From IMG/VR virus record IMGVR_UViG_3300021425_003554: a stretch of DNA of 64,000 nucleotides, one strand, 5' to 3'. Position 1 is the stretch's first letter. Every line of letters starts with the position of its first letter. The notes under the pieces are model-generated. The model saw only the letters and a program-made list of their open reading frames with translations. It made no database searches and was not told the DNA's origin. This document shows positions 27,661 to 37,583 of the stretch, piece by piece. A program made the position numbers and the translations under genes. The DNA is from a virus (Duplodnaviria; Caudoviricetes).

Positions 27661-27684
27661 AACAACTAAATCTAAACGATTAGA

Positions 27685-28059
27685 TTATGCAGAAAAGTTA
27701 ATTACTTTTCTTCCAGACTTTTTAAGTAATGAAATAATGTTTGATTTCATTTCTAATGCTGATGATTGAGGAGCAACTCCTAATACATTAACATTAAAGT
27801 CAATACCTTTAGATAACAACTTGTTAGTCGCTGTTTTTCTTGCAGTGTTTTTAACTGCTAGGTTTTTGAACTTGATTTTACCACCATGAACTGAACCGTT
27901 CACTGTGTAAGCCTTAGCCGGCTCCGCGAATACACCGATTTGTTTAGCTCTTGATTTGAACTCTCTAGTGTATACAACGTATTGTGTGCTTTTTGCCATT
28001 TTCTCTTCCTTTGTAGTTTTAGAAGAGGTTGTTTTTTTACCAAATAGATTAAAAAACAT
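27685..28059 (-). CDS. basic hypothetical protein (alternative start 27999)
   Basis: highly-expressed-type codon use; terminator downstream. Confidence 0.65.
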   Translation of the reverse strand: MFFNLFGKKTTSSKTTKEEKMAKSTQYVVYTREFKSRAKQIGVFAEPAKAYTVNGSVHGGKIKFKNLAVKNTARKTATNKLLSKGIDFNVNVLGVAPQSSALEMKSNIISLLKKSGRKVINFSA

Positions 28060-28174
28060 AGTTGCCTCTTTCTGTTAATTTAGATGAAGAATTTATTTTC
28101 AACATCATATTAAAATATATTTTACACTAAAAAGTTGTTTTGGTCAACCTTTAAAAAAGGCTGTAAAAATGGAA

Positions 28175-28630
28175 TTAATTGTCCTTGACTTTGGGCACAT
28201 GAAATAAATCTATGCCTTTATCTAGCAATTTGTTTGTTTCTTCTTCTGTGGCTGTGCCAAAAAACTGATCATTTCTTTCACCTTGATCACATTTGATGGC
28301 TTCCTCGTAGAATCTATTGCCCACGTTCTCAAAATTTTTGGTAATGTATTTGCCAATACGTCTCAGTACATTGGAAGCCTGTGAAGCCGGCATCATTTGT
28401 TCAGAAGACAGAGATTCCTCTCTCATTTGTTGTAGTCTTTCTTTCTTGGATTCAGATCTTGTTTTTGTTTTCTTGACATTGGGCGCCATGATGGCCTTGT
28501 TGACATAGGGACTGTCGCACACAGGACAAAGCAGTTGTCCTTTTTTCTTTTGTTTGGTAAATTCTTTACTATCTGGAAACCAACCGTCAAACTCGTGATC
28601 CAAATCACAGATAAGTCGATATTTTATCAT
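28175..28630 (-). CDS. DUF1178-family zinc-ribbon protein
   Basis: MIKYRLIC..HEFDGWF..CPVC..KAIMAPNV..FENVG..FYEEA; TAAGTA 5 nt upstream. Confidence 0.85.
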   Translation of the reverse strand: MIKYRLICDLDHEFDGWFPDSKEFTKQKKKGQLLCPVCDSPYVNKAIMAPNVKKTKTRSESKKERLQQMREESLSSEQMMPASQASNVLRRIGKYITKNFENVGNRFYEEAIKCDQGERNDQFFGTATEEETNKLLDKGIDLFHVPKVKDN

Positions 28631-28689
28631 ATACATACTTATTATAAAAGCAATTTGACAACAAGTCAATATTGTATTAGTATTATTAC

Positions 28690-29235
28690 ATGAAGTATAA
28701 AATTGAGGACACAGTAGACAAAACAGGAGAACCTGTTTCGATATGGCATTCTGATTGTTTCGTACAAAACAAAGAACTTTACACGATATATGAAAAATCA
28801 ATAGCCTTCATGATGGAGAAAGGCTGGGCAATGAATCCATCAGGACTCATAAAGTCCGATCACAAGGTTATATTTGCAGAGAACAAGGATGGACGACCCA
28901 TGGGAGGAGTTGTGTATGAATACCATCCATGGAATAGGCAAGGATGGATCGTGTTAATTTTCACAGCGGACGAATTCAGAGGCAGACATATTTACAGTCT
29001 ACTACAAAAAGCACTCGAAGATGAGACCATCAAGTTGGGTGGTACCAGCATAGCCAGTCTGGCACACAAGGACAATGAACCCAGAATCAAGGCAGGAGCC
29101 AGGGAAGGAATGCATCCACAATATCTTCGATTGTACAAAGATCTTTCCAATGAGTTAGAAAAAAGAAAAACTTATATGCAAATCAAATTAAAAAAAGAAT
29201 GGAAAGACATCACTAAAGAAAGATGGAGAGGCTAA
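28690..29235 (+). CDS. GNAT-family acetyltransferase
   Basis: FTADEFRGRHIYS motif A; TTGACA-17-TAGTAT, leaderless. Confidence 0.7.
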   Translation: MKYKIEDTVDKTGEPVSIWHSDCFVQNKELYTIYEKSIAFMMEKGWAMNPSGLIKSDHKVIFAENKDGRPMGGVVYEYHPWNRQGWIVLIFTADEFRGRHIYSLLQKALEDETIKLGGTSIASLAHKDNEPRIKAGAREGMHPQYLRLYKDLSNELEKRKTYMQIKLKKEWKDITKERWRG

Positions 29236-29236
29236 C

Positions 29237-29422
29237 ATGGCGTTAGAAATCAAACACAAAAACAAAATCGAAGAATACACACTGACCAATGAAGAACTAC
29301 AAATACAAATTAAATTATTATCGGCACAGATAGGTAATCTAGAAGTTCAAATAGCAGATTATAAACAGATTGTTGTAGAACTTTCACAAAAAATTAAAAA
29401 TTTAGAGGCACAAATAAAGTAG
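29237..29422 (+). CDS. coiled-coil small protein
   Basis: heptad pattern. Confidence 0.6.
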   Translation: MALEIKHKNKIEEYTLTNEELQIQIKLLSAQIGNLEVQIADYKQIVVELSQKIKNLEAQIK

Positions 29423-29475
29423 ATATCAGTTAAATATATAGACAACAAGCAAAAATGTGTTAATATATTAAAATT

Positions 29476-29781
29476 ATGAAAAGAAGAACAAAAAGTATCC
29501 TCGAAGAATTAAGTTCAGTAAGAATTAACAAAGATGAATCTGAGCATTTTGTGGAGTCTAGAGCATCGCATATCATCGACTCTGCCATAAATTTGATATA
29601 TTTCATAAGAGAAAATTTTACCCCGGAGACTGCTTACATCCTAGAAAAAAAGTTTAATTCGTCGATAAAGAACCTCGATGCCAGTAAGTTCACAAGAGGT
29701 GTCAACAAACTAAAAGATCTAAAAGAAGTCAAGAAGTCTTTAACTATCAAAGAGGGTGAATTACAAGAAGAGGACGACTAA
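29476..29781 (+). CDS. conserved large-phage hypothetical protein
   Basis: coupled to the next gene. Confidence 0.7.
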   Translation: MKRRTKSILEELSSVRINKDESEHFVESRASHIIDSAINLIYFIRENFTPETAYILEKKFNSSIKNLDASKFTRGVNKLKDLKEVKKSLTIKEGELQEEDD

Positions 29782-31001
29782 TGTTAATTGAAGAAGTCCT
29801 TAGAGAGTTCAAAAGAACACACCTAGAGCACATTGAAGATATTATCCTCACATCCGGATATCAAGGAGGTGAAGCAGTAGTCGGCTATTTCACTGACATA
29901 TATAATATGCTGAAAGGACAGAGTTCAACAGCATTACAGATGTCAGTGAAATGGGATGGTGCTCCTGCTGTTATTTGTGGCATCAATCCTGCAAATGGAA
30001 AATTTTTCGTTGGTACCAAATCAGTATTTGCCAAATCACCAAAAATAAATTATACCAAAAAAGATATCGCAACAAATCACGGAACTGGAGATTTGGGAGA
30101 GAAACTATTAAAATGTTTGGTGCATTTGTCCAAATTGAACATACAAGGAGTTGTACAGGGAGATATGATGTTTACCGACAACGATCTTGTGAGACAAAAG
30201 ATCAACGGAGAAAACTTTATCACATTCAAACCCAACGAAATTGTTTATGCTGTTCCCGAAAATTCCGAAATAGGCAAAACGATATCACAAGCAAAAGTAG
30301 GAATTATTTTTCACACAACATACACAGGTGAATCATTGGGAGAAATGAACGCCCAAGCAGGCGCAGATATATCTTCTTTCGTTAAAACTAACGATGTATG
30401 GTATGACAACGCCACTTATAAAAATGTTTCGGGCTCGGCCACTTTTACAGCATCTGAATCTAAAAGTTTTGCCAGTGGTATCCAAACACTAAAAAAACTT
30501 TTGTCAAACGTTCCACAAAATTTATCAGCCATGTTATCAACCAACAAAGAGTTCATTCCGATGTTCCAGATGTTTATAAACTCAGAAGTCAAACAAGGAC
30601 GTTTGCCTGATAACGTCAATCAATTTCTAAAAGGTTTTCAAGAATTCTATGTTGCAAGAATGAATCAACAAATGGCTGGACTGAAAGCACAAAAGGCCAT
30701 TCAACTAAGACAACAAAAAATGAAACAGATGCCGGCATTTATGAACACAATAAAAAAACCATTACAGGTCATGCTGACTTTTTACAAACAAGTGCAAATA
30801 CTAAAAGCAGAAGCACTCCAAAAAATGAACCAAGCCATGCAGGTTGGCACATTTGCTCAGACTGAGAATGGTTTGGAAGTCACAGACCCGGAAGGTTTTG
30901 TTGCTGTTGGATCGGACGGTGGTGCAGTCAAATTAGTGGACAGGCTCACATTCTCAAGAAGAAACTTGAGTGCCATCAAAAAATTTGATAAAACCCAATA
31001 A
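29781..31001 (+). CDS. conserved phage protein (HLEHIED / KWDGAPA / PEGFV; DUF6267-like)
   Basis: motifs recalled from cyanophage/jumbo-phage proteins. Confidence 0.75.
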   Translation: MLIEEVLREFKRTHLEHIEDIILTSGYQGGEAVVGYFTDIYNMLKGQSSTALQMSVKWDGAPAVICGINPANGKFFVGTKSVFAKSPKINYTKKDIATNHGTGDLGEKLLKCLVHLSKLNIQGVVQGDMMFTDNDLVRQKINGENFITFKPNEIVYAVPENSEIGKTISQAKVGIIFHTTYTGESLGEMNAQAGADISSFVKTNDVWYDNATYKNVSGSATFTASESKSFASGIQTLKKLLSNVPQNLSAMLSTNKEFIPMFQMFINSEVKQGRLPDNVNQFLKGFQEFYVARMNQQMAGLKAQKAIQLRQQKMKQMPAFMNTIKKPLQVMLTFYKQVQILKAEALQKMNQAMQVGTFAQTENGLEVTDPEGFVAVGSDGGAVKLVDRLTFSRRNLSAIKKFDKTQ

Positions 31002-32000
31002 GGTTTTGTTTATTTCATTCTGTAGAGCAGACCTATTAAAAAAATGTTTTGAATTGTGGTCTCTGATAAGTGTTGACTCTTTGTATAACTCTTCGGCTTT
31101 CTGATCTTTCAAAAACTTACACAACTTAACAATGGCATCAATTCTTTTATCACTGTCATTTTCTTTATCATAACTCTCGTCGAACAAGGTACTGAAAGTT
31201 TTAAATCCCATCTCATTTAACTCCTGTAGATAATTTGGTTTGCTGTGTACTATGAATATCTGTTTCATTAATATGGGTTTCCATATTTTTTCTGTTATGA
31301 ATGTCTCACCAAAGTCGTGTGTTTCCGAAACTATATTGTAGGAAGAATGATTGTACGGAAGTTCATAGATGTCTCTATCTTTTCCGTACTTTGGATAATT
31401 GTTGACATCCACCCATGGTAATTCATATTTTGGATCTAAGTTTTTGTTTTCGCTAAGGAAACTGTACAAACTATCGGCCAATAATCCCTCTGACTGTAAC
31501 TTTTTAAACAGTTTTATCCTGTGAGGTCTTTCCTGTTTGTTTAGATAAAAAAAATCAAATGTTTTTTTTGAATGATCTATGTCAAATTTCTGATCTTTGT
31601 ACCTTTCAAACATCATCCACCAAAACCAACTTGATCCCCCGGTCCAGTAGGTATATCTGTTTTCTTCTATGACGATTTTTCTTAATTGCTTTATGATTGT
31701 GTGCTTGGACTCCCAGGGATTTGAAATTATCATAACAAACTTGTTTTTGACAAGATATTCGATTCGATCGTACAAGTCTTTCCAATAAAAATCATTTTCC
31801 CATAATTTGTAGTTTCCTATTCGATGATCTATCACAGCAAACTTTCTTTTATACTTTTTTAAATCATAAGAGGGTATGGAGTACCAATCACTGGTGCATT
31901 CAAATGTTTGATCATTCAACGAATGCATATCGATAAAAGATTGTAACTGTTGATGGTTTCCAGTCTTGAGTATATCGGTTAATATTAAGTTGTGTTCCAT
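30954..32000 (-). CDS. glycosyltransferase-like protein (GT10-like C-terminal motif)
   Basis: NIVSET..FITEKIWKPI resembles the GT10 ENxx..ITEK motif. Confidence 0.5.
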   Translation of the reverse strand: MEHNLILTDILKTGNHQQLQSFIDMHSLNDQTFECTSDWYSIPSYDLKKYKRKFAVIDHRIGNYKLWENDFYWKDLYDRIEYLVKNKFVMIISNPWESKHTIIKQLRKIVIEENRYTYWTGGSSWFWWMMFERYKDQKFDIDHSKKTFDFFYLNKQERPHRIKLFKKLQSEGLLADSLYSFLSENKNLDPKYELPWVDVNNYPKYGKDRDIYELPYNHSSYNIVSETHDFGETFITEKIWKPILMKQIFIVHSKPNYLQELNEMGFKTFSTLFDESYDKENDSDKRIDAIVKLCKFLKDQKAEELYKESTLIRDHNSKHFFNRSALQNEINKTLLGFIKFFDGTQVSS

Positions 32001-32018
32001 TTTACGGTAAATATTTCT

Positions 32019-32591
32019 ATGTTAATGCCCTTCATACAGTATGTATCTGAAGCAAGAGTGGTTCGAAGACAAAACGACCTACAACGCTTCACGTTCCAAG
32101 ATATACAAGAGCGTATATATCTAACATTTTTGGGTTTGTCTCTACTAAAAAATATCAACAACGAAGGAAAACAGTGGGCAAAAATGTATGCTCAAAGCAC
32201 ACTGACTTATGGTGATTTTAAAATCGTGAGAACATCAGGAAACGATTTATACAATATGCTATCGGTCGTGGATGGTAAAGAAGACATAGTCAAAAAATTG
32301 AGAAATCCAAAACAGGCAGAGGCGTTGAGACAAAGGTCCACCTTGCCGACACTGGCTGTGAAACGTTACCTAAGGAAATTGTCTGATGATTATGACTTCC
32401 TCACAAAATTAGAAAACACACTCAACATCAGCAACGTCGAATACAAAAACCTACGTAGAAGCATCAGTGATTATTCAAATCTCAAAAAAACAGATAAGAA
32501 CAATGTCAATCACAGAATGGCAAAATTATTACAAAATAAATTACACGCCACAGATATAACAAAAAAAATAAAACAACTGCTGGGACAATGA
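32019..32591 (+). CDS. late hypothetical protein (start MLMPFIQYVSE)
   Basis: TAAATA at 32008-32013. Confidence 0.7.
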   Translation: MLMPFIQYVSEARVVRRQNDLQRFTFQDIQERIYLTFLGLSLLKNINNEGKQWAKMYAQSTLTYGDFKIVRTSGNDLYNMLSVVDGKEDIVKKLRNPKQAEALRQRSTLPTLAVKRYLRKLSDDYDFLTKLENTLNISNVEYKNLRRSISDYSNLKKTDKNNVNHRMAKLLQNKLHATDITKKIKQLLGQ

Positions 32592-32869
32592 AACACATAG
32601 GTGCAATATTAGGTCCCCCGGAAAACTATTACAACAAAAAGTTTGCATGGATACCAACACGTTTAAAAAACGGATCGTATGTTTGGCTCACCGATTACAT
32701 GGAAAAAGAAACCACCTGGCGTTGGTACAAAGGAGCACCCGTGCTATATAAAATCAATATCAGTATGCATGAAGCCATGCTGGAAGGATTGAAAGAAATA
32801 AATCATAAAAGATATCACACCAAGTCACATTATCAGGCATGGGAAGATGATTACATGGGCAGAGATTAA
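32588..32869 (+). CDS. hypothetical protein (KFAWIP motif)
   Basis: ATGA-coupled. Confidence 0.6.
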   Translation: MKHIGAILGPPENYYNKKFAWIPTRLKNGSYVWLTDYMEKETTWRWYKGAPVLYKINISMHEAMLEGLKEINHKRYHTKSHYQAWEDDYMGRD

Positions 32870-33598
32870 ATGAAAAAAGTAAAATGTTTTAGATGTGCTT
32901 GTGATACACACTGTGGAAATGCTTGTGCCAACTGTGAGAATTGTGATCATTGCGACTGCTCCAACTGCCTTCAAAAAGATAATGTATATCCGACCGGCAA
33001 AGACTTTTGGGTGGCATACAATGGTCAACATACCCAACCCACATTCGTCAAGGATGCCGGTGATGGACAATCTGAACTGAGAAGAGAAGCCTACTCACAC
33101 ATCAAAAGTTGGAGAGGGTGCATAGACGCAGGAGCCAATGTGGGTATGTGGACACGAAACCTAATGAAAGATTTTGAGATAGTACACTGTTTTGAACCCA
33201 ACCCGATATTTGTGGAATGTTGGAAAAAGAACATACCTCATGACCAAAATGCCATCTTGCATGAATTTGGACTGGGAGATGTTGAGAGCACGGCCACCTT
33301 CCACGAACCACTACACCAAATGCTTGATCGTACTCCTGGTAGCATACACATCAAGACCCTGGACAGTTTTGAACTGACCAACATCGATTTCATAAAGATA
33401 GATGTGGACGGATACGAAGACCTGTTAATGAAAGGTGCTGTGGAAACTGTTGCCAACAACAGTCCTGTGATCAACATAGAAATGAAAAGAGCAAAAAGAC
33501 CACACGTGGTGCGAGTAGCAGAAGACATATTGAAAAAACTGGGTTATAAAATCAAAAAACGTACCAGAAGTGATGAAGTTTGGTTAAAATCATTATAA
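32870..33598 (+). CDS. FkbM-family SAM methyltransferase with N-terminal Cys-rich domain
   Basis: IDAGANVG, CFEPNP, IDFIKIDVDGYE; 10 Cys in residues 6-33. Confidence 0.85.
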   Translation: MKKVKCFRCACDTHCGNACANCENCDHCDCSNCLQKDNVYPTGKDFWVAYNGQHTQPTFVKDAGDGQSELRREAYSHIKSWRGCIDAGANVGMWTRNLMKDFEIVHCFEPNPIFVECWKKNIPHDQNAILHEFGLGDVESTATFHEPLHQMLDRTPGSIHIKTLDSFELTNIDFIKIDVDGYEDLLMKGAVETVANNSPVINIEMKRAKRPHVVRVAEDILKKLGYKIKKRTRSDEVWLKSL

Positions 33599-33693
33599 TA
33601 CAGCATAAATTACCATAGTTTACCATAAATAATTGCAACGTGTCACCGGAGCGGTGACTCGCCATTAACGAAGAGAAAAAAAGGAGAAAAACA

Positions 33694-34059
33694 ATGGCAA
33701 CGATATCAAGAAATATCAGCACGACTCCATTTGCAGTGGGAACTTATGTTCAAACTGGAAACGTTGGAGCATTCAAAGTAACGTGTCAAAACTCATCAGA
33801 TGCGGCTCAGGATCTAAGAAACGAGACTGGTGCAAACGAAGTTATTCAGATGATTTTACACGCAACAAATGCCATCGGTTACACGATCGCAGATGCTAAC
33901 ACAGGCGTTATCTCATTATTAGTAGATAACTCTCAGTGGGACGCGGCTGGCTTACAGACTGCGATCAGAGGATTAGGATCTGTAACAGGTGACGACTCAA
34001 CTTCAATCGACCTAACTGGTTCGGATGTGGTTGCGGCAACAACATTAACAGTAGCATAA
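33694..34059 (+). CDS. putative abundant virion protein (A/T/G/S-rich)
   Basis: TAAATA at 33626-33631, 5' hairpin, strong SD, biased codons. Confidence 0.6.
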   Translation: MATISRNISTTPFAVGTYVQTGNVGAFKVTCQNSSDAAQDLRNETGANEVIQMILHATNAIGYTIADANTGVISLLVDNSQWDAAGLQTAIRGLGSVTGDDSTSIDLTGSDVVAATTLTVA

Positions 34060-34086
34060 TACTGATAATAAATTAGGAGAAAAACA

Positions 34087-34425
34087 ATGGCTGATTTAAC
34101 ATCATCTACAACAATAGCACCTAACTACGCAAAGTTAAATGTTAACACTAGCGGTTTAGGAGCAAAAACGTTAATCGTAACTATCGCGAAAGATTCTGGC
34201 GATGCAACTGAGGCTCAATTAAAATCTGTAATTAGAGCATTAGAAGTATCAGGTGGATCTGGAAACGGTACAGACACAAACGGTCCAGACGCATTCGTGT
34301 GTGTTGGTCTTTCTGGAACAATCGGAACTGACCCAGTATACGCGGCATTCCAAGGTAATGGAACTATAGCGACTGCACCAGTAAGTGGTTACACAGTAAC
34401 AACTGTTGCGACTTTCAACGTATAA
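34087..34425 (+). CDS. putative abundant virion protein, probable paralog of 33694-34059
   Basis: identical AGGAGAAAAACAATGGC start context; similar composition. Confidence 0.6.
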   Translation: MADLTSSTTIAPNYAKLNVNTSGLGAKTLIVTIAKDSGDATEAQLKSVIRALEVSGGSGNGTDTNGPDAFVCVGLSGTIGTDPVYAAFQGNGTIATAPVSGYTVTTVATFNV

Positions 34426-34457
34426 TAAATTCTGATTGTTAACACAATCATTATTTT

Positions 34458-34496
34458 GAAAGGGTGAGCATTTATTTGTTCACCCTTTCGTCTTTT
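34458..34496 (+). terminator. intrinsic terminator
   Basis: GAAAGGGTGAGCA/TGTTCACCCTTTC stem. Confidence 0.8.
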
Positions 34497-34516
34497 GTAA
34501 ATACCTTGTAAACATC

Positions 34517-34990
34517 ATGCACAACTTTTGTATCATAACTTTGGTAGACATTGGTAATCCCGGGAACACAACATTACCTTTTCCCTTCACCTCCCCCACA
34601 GGAGTGTTGGTGGATAGCAAAGACACACTGGAAACTGTGAGATTGCAGAAAGCCAATTTCGTCACGGTGCAACAACTGATACAGTTGAGGGCCAACGTGG
34701 ATTGGGACCACGATCCTGTAAAACAATCAGTTGATCTAAAGGAATTCCATTTTGGATCTTTCTACAAAGAAGGCAAACAGAACATATGGTCCTTCACATG
34801 GAGGACCGAGCAGACTGGTGCTTACAGTGATGGCGATAACGGAGTGGCTGGATTGATAACAGATTTTGACCTGATACCAACACACGGCTTTTTACAGGAA
34901 ACAGTCACATTTCCGGCCAATTGCTTCAACACGCAGGATACAAAATTTAAAAATACATACTTTATTGATATAGGCCCGACAGATAAATAA
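34517..34990 (+). CDS. late hypothetical protein
   Basis: TAAATA upstream. Confidence 0.7.
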   Translation: MHNFCIITLVDIGNPGNTTLPFPFTSPTGVLVDSKDTLETVRLQKANFVTVQQLIQLRANVDWDHDPVKQSVDLKEFHFGSFYKEGKQNIWSFTWRTEQTGAYSDGDNGVAGLITDFDLIPTHGFLQETVTFPANCFNTQDTKFKNTYFIDIGPTDK

Positions 34991-35052
34991 TAGTATATTA
35001 GGCTCAAATAGGCAGATCAACTTCTCAAACAGGCAACAAAAACTGCATCCAT

Positions 35053-35307
35053 ATGGATGCGAAAAAGAGAACTATTATGAGTGATTTAGAAAAAACAAAT
35101 TTGGAAGCACACGTGGACCTTTGCGCCGAAAGGTATAAAGGCCTACACGATCGCCTGTCGTCAATTGAACTGGCATTGAAAAGAATCAACGACGACTTGT
35201 TGAACAATCACAAGAGTTCCAATAAAACTTTGATCATGACCGCGGGTACCGTGGTAGCAGGATTACTATCAACGATTGTTGTGATCCTGATGAAGATGCC
35301 CTCATAG
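35053..35307 (+). CDS. coiled-coil plus C-terminal TM protein (holin/XhlA-like architecture)
   Basis: LEAHVDLCAERY coiled coil followed by one TM helix. Confidence 0.45.
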   Translation: MDAKKRTIMSDLEKTNLEAHVDLCAERYKGLHDRLSSIELALKRINDDLLNNHKSSNKTLIMTAGTVVAGLLSTIVVILMKMPS

Positions 35308-35330
35308 AATTCAAACTTAAACTTTAAAAA

Positions 35331-35552
35331 ATGTTCATACAATTATCTCGATATGCTCGAGTCTACATAACACAAAGACAAATTGCTTTTATAAAAAAAT
35401 ATAAAAGTAAATTACCAATCCTACAAAGCAACCTCGATGTGGAAGACATAGAAACTGCAAGGATATTGGCCAGCAAGGGTGCTCTGGTAAGAAAAAAACT
35501 TGTTGATGATACCCAATATGCATTAAATAGAAGCATACGTTTAGTTAAGTAG
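35331..35552 (+). CDS. small basic hypothetical protein
   Basis: ORF in the late block. Confidence 0.6.
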   Translation: MFIQLSRYARVYITQRQIAFIKKYKSKLPILQSNLDVEDIETARILASKGALVRKKLVDDTQYALNRSIRLVK

Positions 35553-35563
35553 TATGAATTTCT

Positions 35564-36094
35564 ATGGCAAAAAAAATTGTTGATAATAAAAATGAGATAC
35601 TTGAGAGTCAAATAAAATCCTACAATCTCAAGAACAAATTAAATGAACTGGCCAAAAACGACGAAAAGCAAAGACCTTTTCGACATTTACCAAAACAGTT
35701 TTCCAAAGGTATCTTAATTGGTAATATCGCAATCGTCCCCAAGAAGATAGATCCAACCAGATATGTTTATGTGATAGCGGACATGACACAGGCAAAGATT
35801 TTGTATGACAGTATTTTCCTCAAACAGACTGCCATATTGGTTGCACATTATCTGGCAGATAAAAAAAACATACCTTCTCAAATATTAACATTGGATGAAC
35901 AATTCGCATCAAAACTATTTGATATAAAGAACTTCAAGAGGTTCTATAAAATGGCAGTCAAAGAAAACGATGACGACAAGGAGTTTGTTTATTCTAACAA
36001 ATTGATAGAGACCAACAGGCGAGCAGACGAGATAAAGTCAGAAATACATCAAATATTCGATCACACATTTAGGTTTTTAAATGATTATAAATAA
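35564..36094 (+). CDS. hypothetical protein
   Basis: ORF in the late block. Confidence 0.65.
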   Translation: MAKKIVDNKNEILESQIKSYNLKNKLNELAKNDEKQRPFRHLPKQFSKGILIGNIAIVPKKIDPTRYVYVIADMTQAKILYDSIFLKQTAILVAHYLADKKNIPSQILTLDEQFASKLFDIKNFKRFYKMAVKENDDDKEFVYSNKLIETNRRADEIKSEIHQIFDHTFRFLNDYK

Positions 36095-36112
36095 CAGTAA
36101 ATATATATTATT

Positions 36113-36415
36113 ATGGCTACTAAAGTAACATATACATTTATTATACCTGTTGGCAAGGTAAGATATTTCAGATCTAGTCCTGAACTAGAAGAGTTATGGC
36201 GAACCTATTGTTTAACAACCATAGACACAAAAGTCACAACAACAAAAGAAGTCACTAGCATGGATGGTGCAAACAAGCTCGTATTAACCACACACTGGCC
36301 AAACGATGCTGATTACAAAGATTTTGAGTCTAAAATCAGTAGTCATACTGACGCTATTAATGAGTACAATAGAATAAATAACATACAAGTAACAAGAGTT
36401 ATTGAAAAACTTTAA
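36113..36415 (+). CDS. small alpha/beta protein, paralog of 36431-36730
   Basis: TYTFIIPVGKVRYF aligns with TQTFNIPAGSVRFF. Confidence 0.7.
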   Translation: MATKVTYTFIIPVGKVRYFRSSPELEELWRTYCLTTIDTKVTTTKEVTSMDGANKLVLTTHWPNDADYKDFESKISSHTDAINEYNRINNIQVTRVIEKL

Positions 36416-36430
36416 ATTTGGAGAAAAAAA

Positions 36431-36730
36431 ATGGCGATAAGAACAACACAAACTTTTAATATACCAGCAGGTTCTGTCCGTTTTTTCAAAACATATGCTC
36501 CTTTGAGAACTGAAATCATGAGAATGACGGAAGCAGGAGAGATACAAACTGAAAAAACTGTGACTGCGAACGCAGATGGTTCACATGCATTAAAGATTGT
36601 AAACGTTTGGACTAATCAAGCGGCATTAGATAAATTTGACGCATTCGTAGAAACAATAGCAGATCAAGTAGATGCCTACAACAATGAGCAAGGTATTACA
36701 AAATCTGAAAGAACAACAGAAACAGTTTAA
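36431..36730 (+). CDS. small alpha/beta protein, paralog of 36113-36415
   Basis: shared W..AD/AA..F..YN pattern. Confidence 0.7.
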   Translation: MAIRTTQTFNIPAGSVRFFKTYAPLRTEIMRMTEAGEIQTEKTVTANADGSHALKIVNVWTNQAALDKFDAFVETIADQVDAYNNEQGITKSERTTETV

Positions 36731-36732
36731 TA

Positions 36733-37578
36733 ATGAAAGCATTAGATCTAACTAAGAAAGTAACCACAGAATCTTTATTGAAAGAATTTGAATCTAGATT
36801 CGGACAAACACTTGACCTTTCTGGGTTAAGCAAGATCCAACTGGAAAACATGGCCAACATGGTTAGGACTAAAATTCATACAATCACAGACAACACACAT
36901 TTTGGCAGAGAGCTAAATGATGCAAATTATCAAAAACATCAAATGATGTTGGACGTGATAAATCAAGCAATCAAAGAAGTTGATGCAGGATTTACAAAAA
37001 AAGCATTAAGCGATCCCAAGACACAACAGATGATCAAGAAAATTGAAAGAACACCTCAACTGACCGACATAGAGAAAAAAGCAGTGGTGGGTGATCTATT
37101 AAGCAAAGAGTCTGTTCAAGAAGGTGTGGAGCAACAATCAGAATTGATCCTGGCCGCCAAAGACATGATGGACAAGGTAACAGGTTATCTAGAAGATCTG
37201 GCCACAATGAAAACTGAAAGTATGTTAGAACTGGCAGACAGAATCAGAGATGAGATGGGTGCCGACAAGGCAGATGCATTTATCTCAACTGTTCAACCAG
37301 CACTGGAAACAGCAGAATCCACATTGACACAAACAAGGCAAGACCTTGACAACGGTGTGAGAATTTTGACTGGTGAGGAAACTGCTTCGGAACCAATGGG
37401 TGCCGACGACACAGCAGAATTGGACACTGAATTGGATTCATTAGATTCAGAAACAGACGAGTTTGGAACCACAGATGCAGAAGCAGGTGGCACAGAACCA
37501 GAAGGCAGAGAACAAAGAGAATCGCGTGAAGTTTTTGAATCATCATCAAGAATATACGCAAAACTTGCCGGGAAGTAA
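36733..37578 (+). CDS. helical protein with acidic tail, possible head scaffold/core
   Basis: coiled-coil, acidic C-terminus; position in the late block. Confidence 0.5.
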   Translation: MKALDLTKKVTTESLLKEFESRFGQTLDLSGLSKIQLENMANMVRTKIHTITDNTHFGRELNDANYQKHQMMLDVINQAIKEVDAGFTKKALSDPKTQQMIKKIERTPQLTDIEKKAVVGDLLSKESVQEGVEQQSELILAAKDMMDKVTGYLEDLATMKTESMLELADRIRDEMGADKADAFISTVQPALETAESTLTQTRQDLDNGVRILTGEETASEPMGADDTAELDTELDSLDSETDEFGTTDAEAGGTEPEGREQRESREVFESSSRIYAKLAGK

Positions 37579-37583
37579 TCCCG

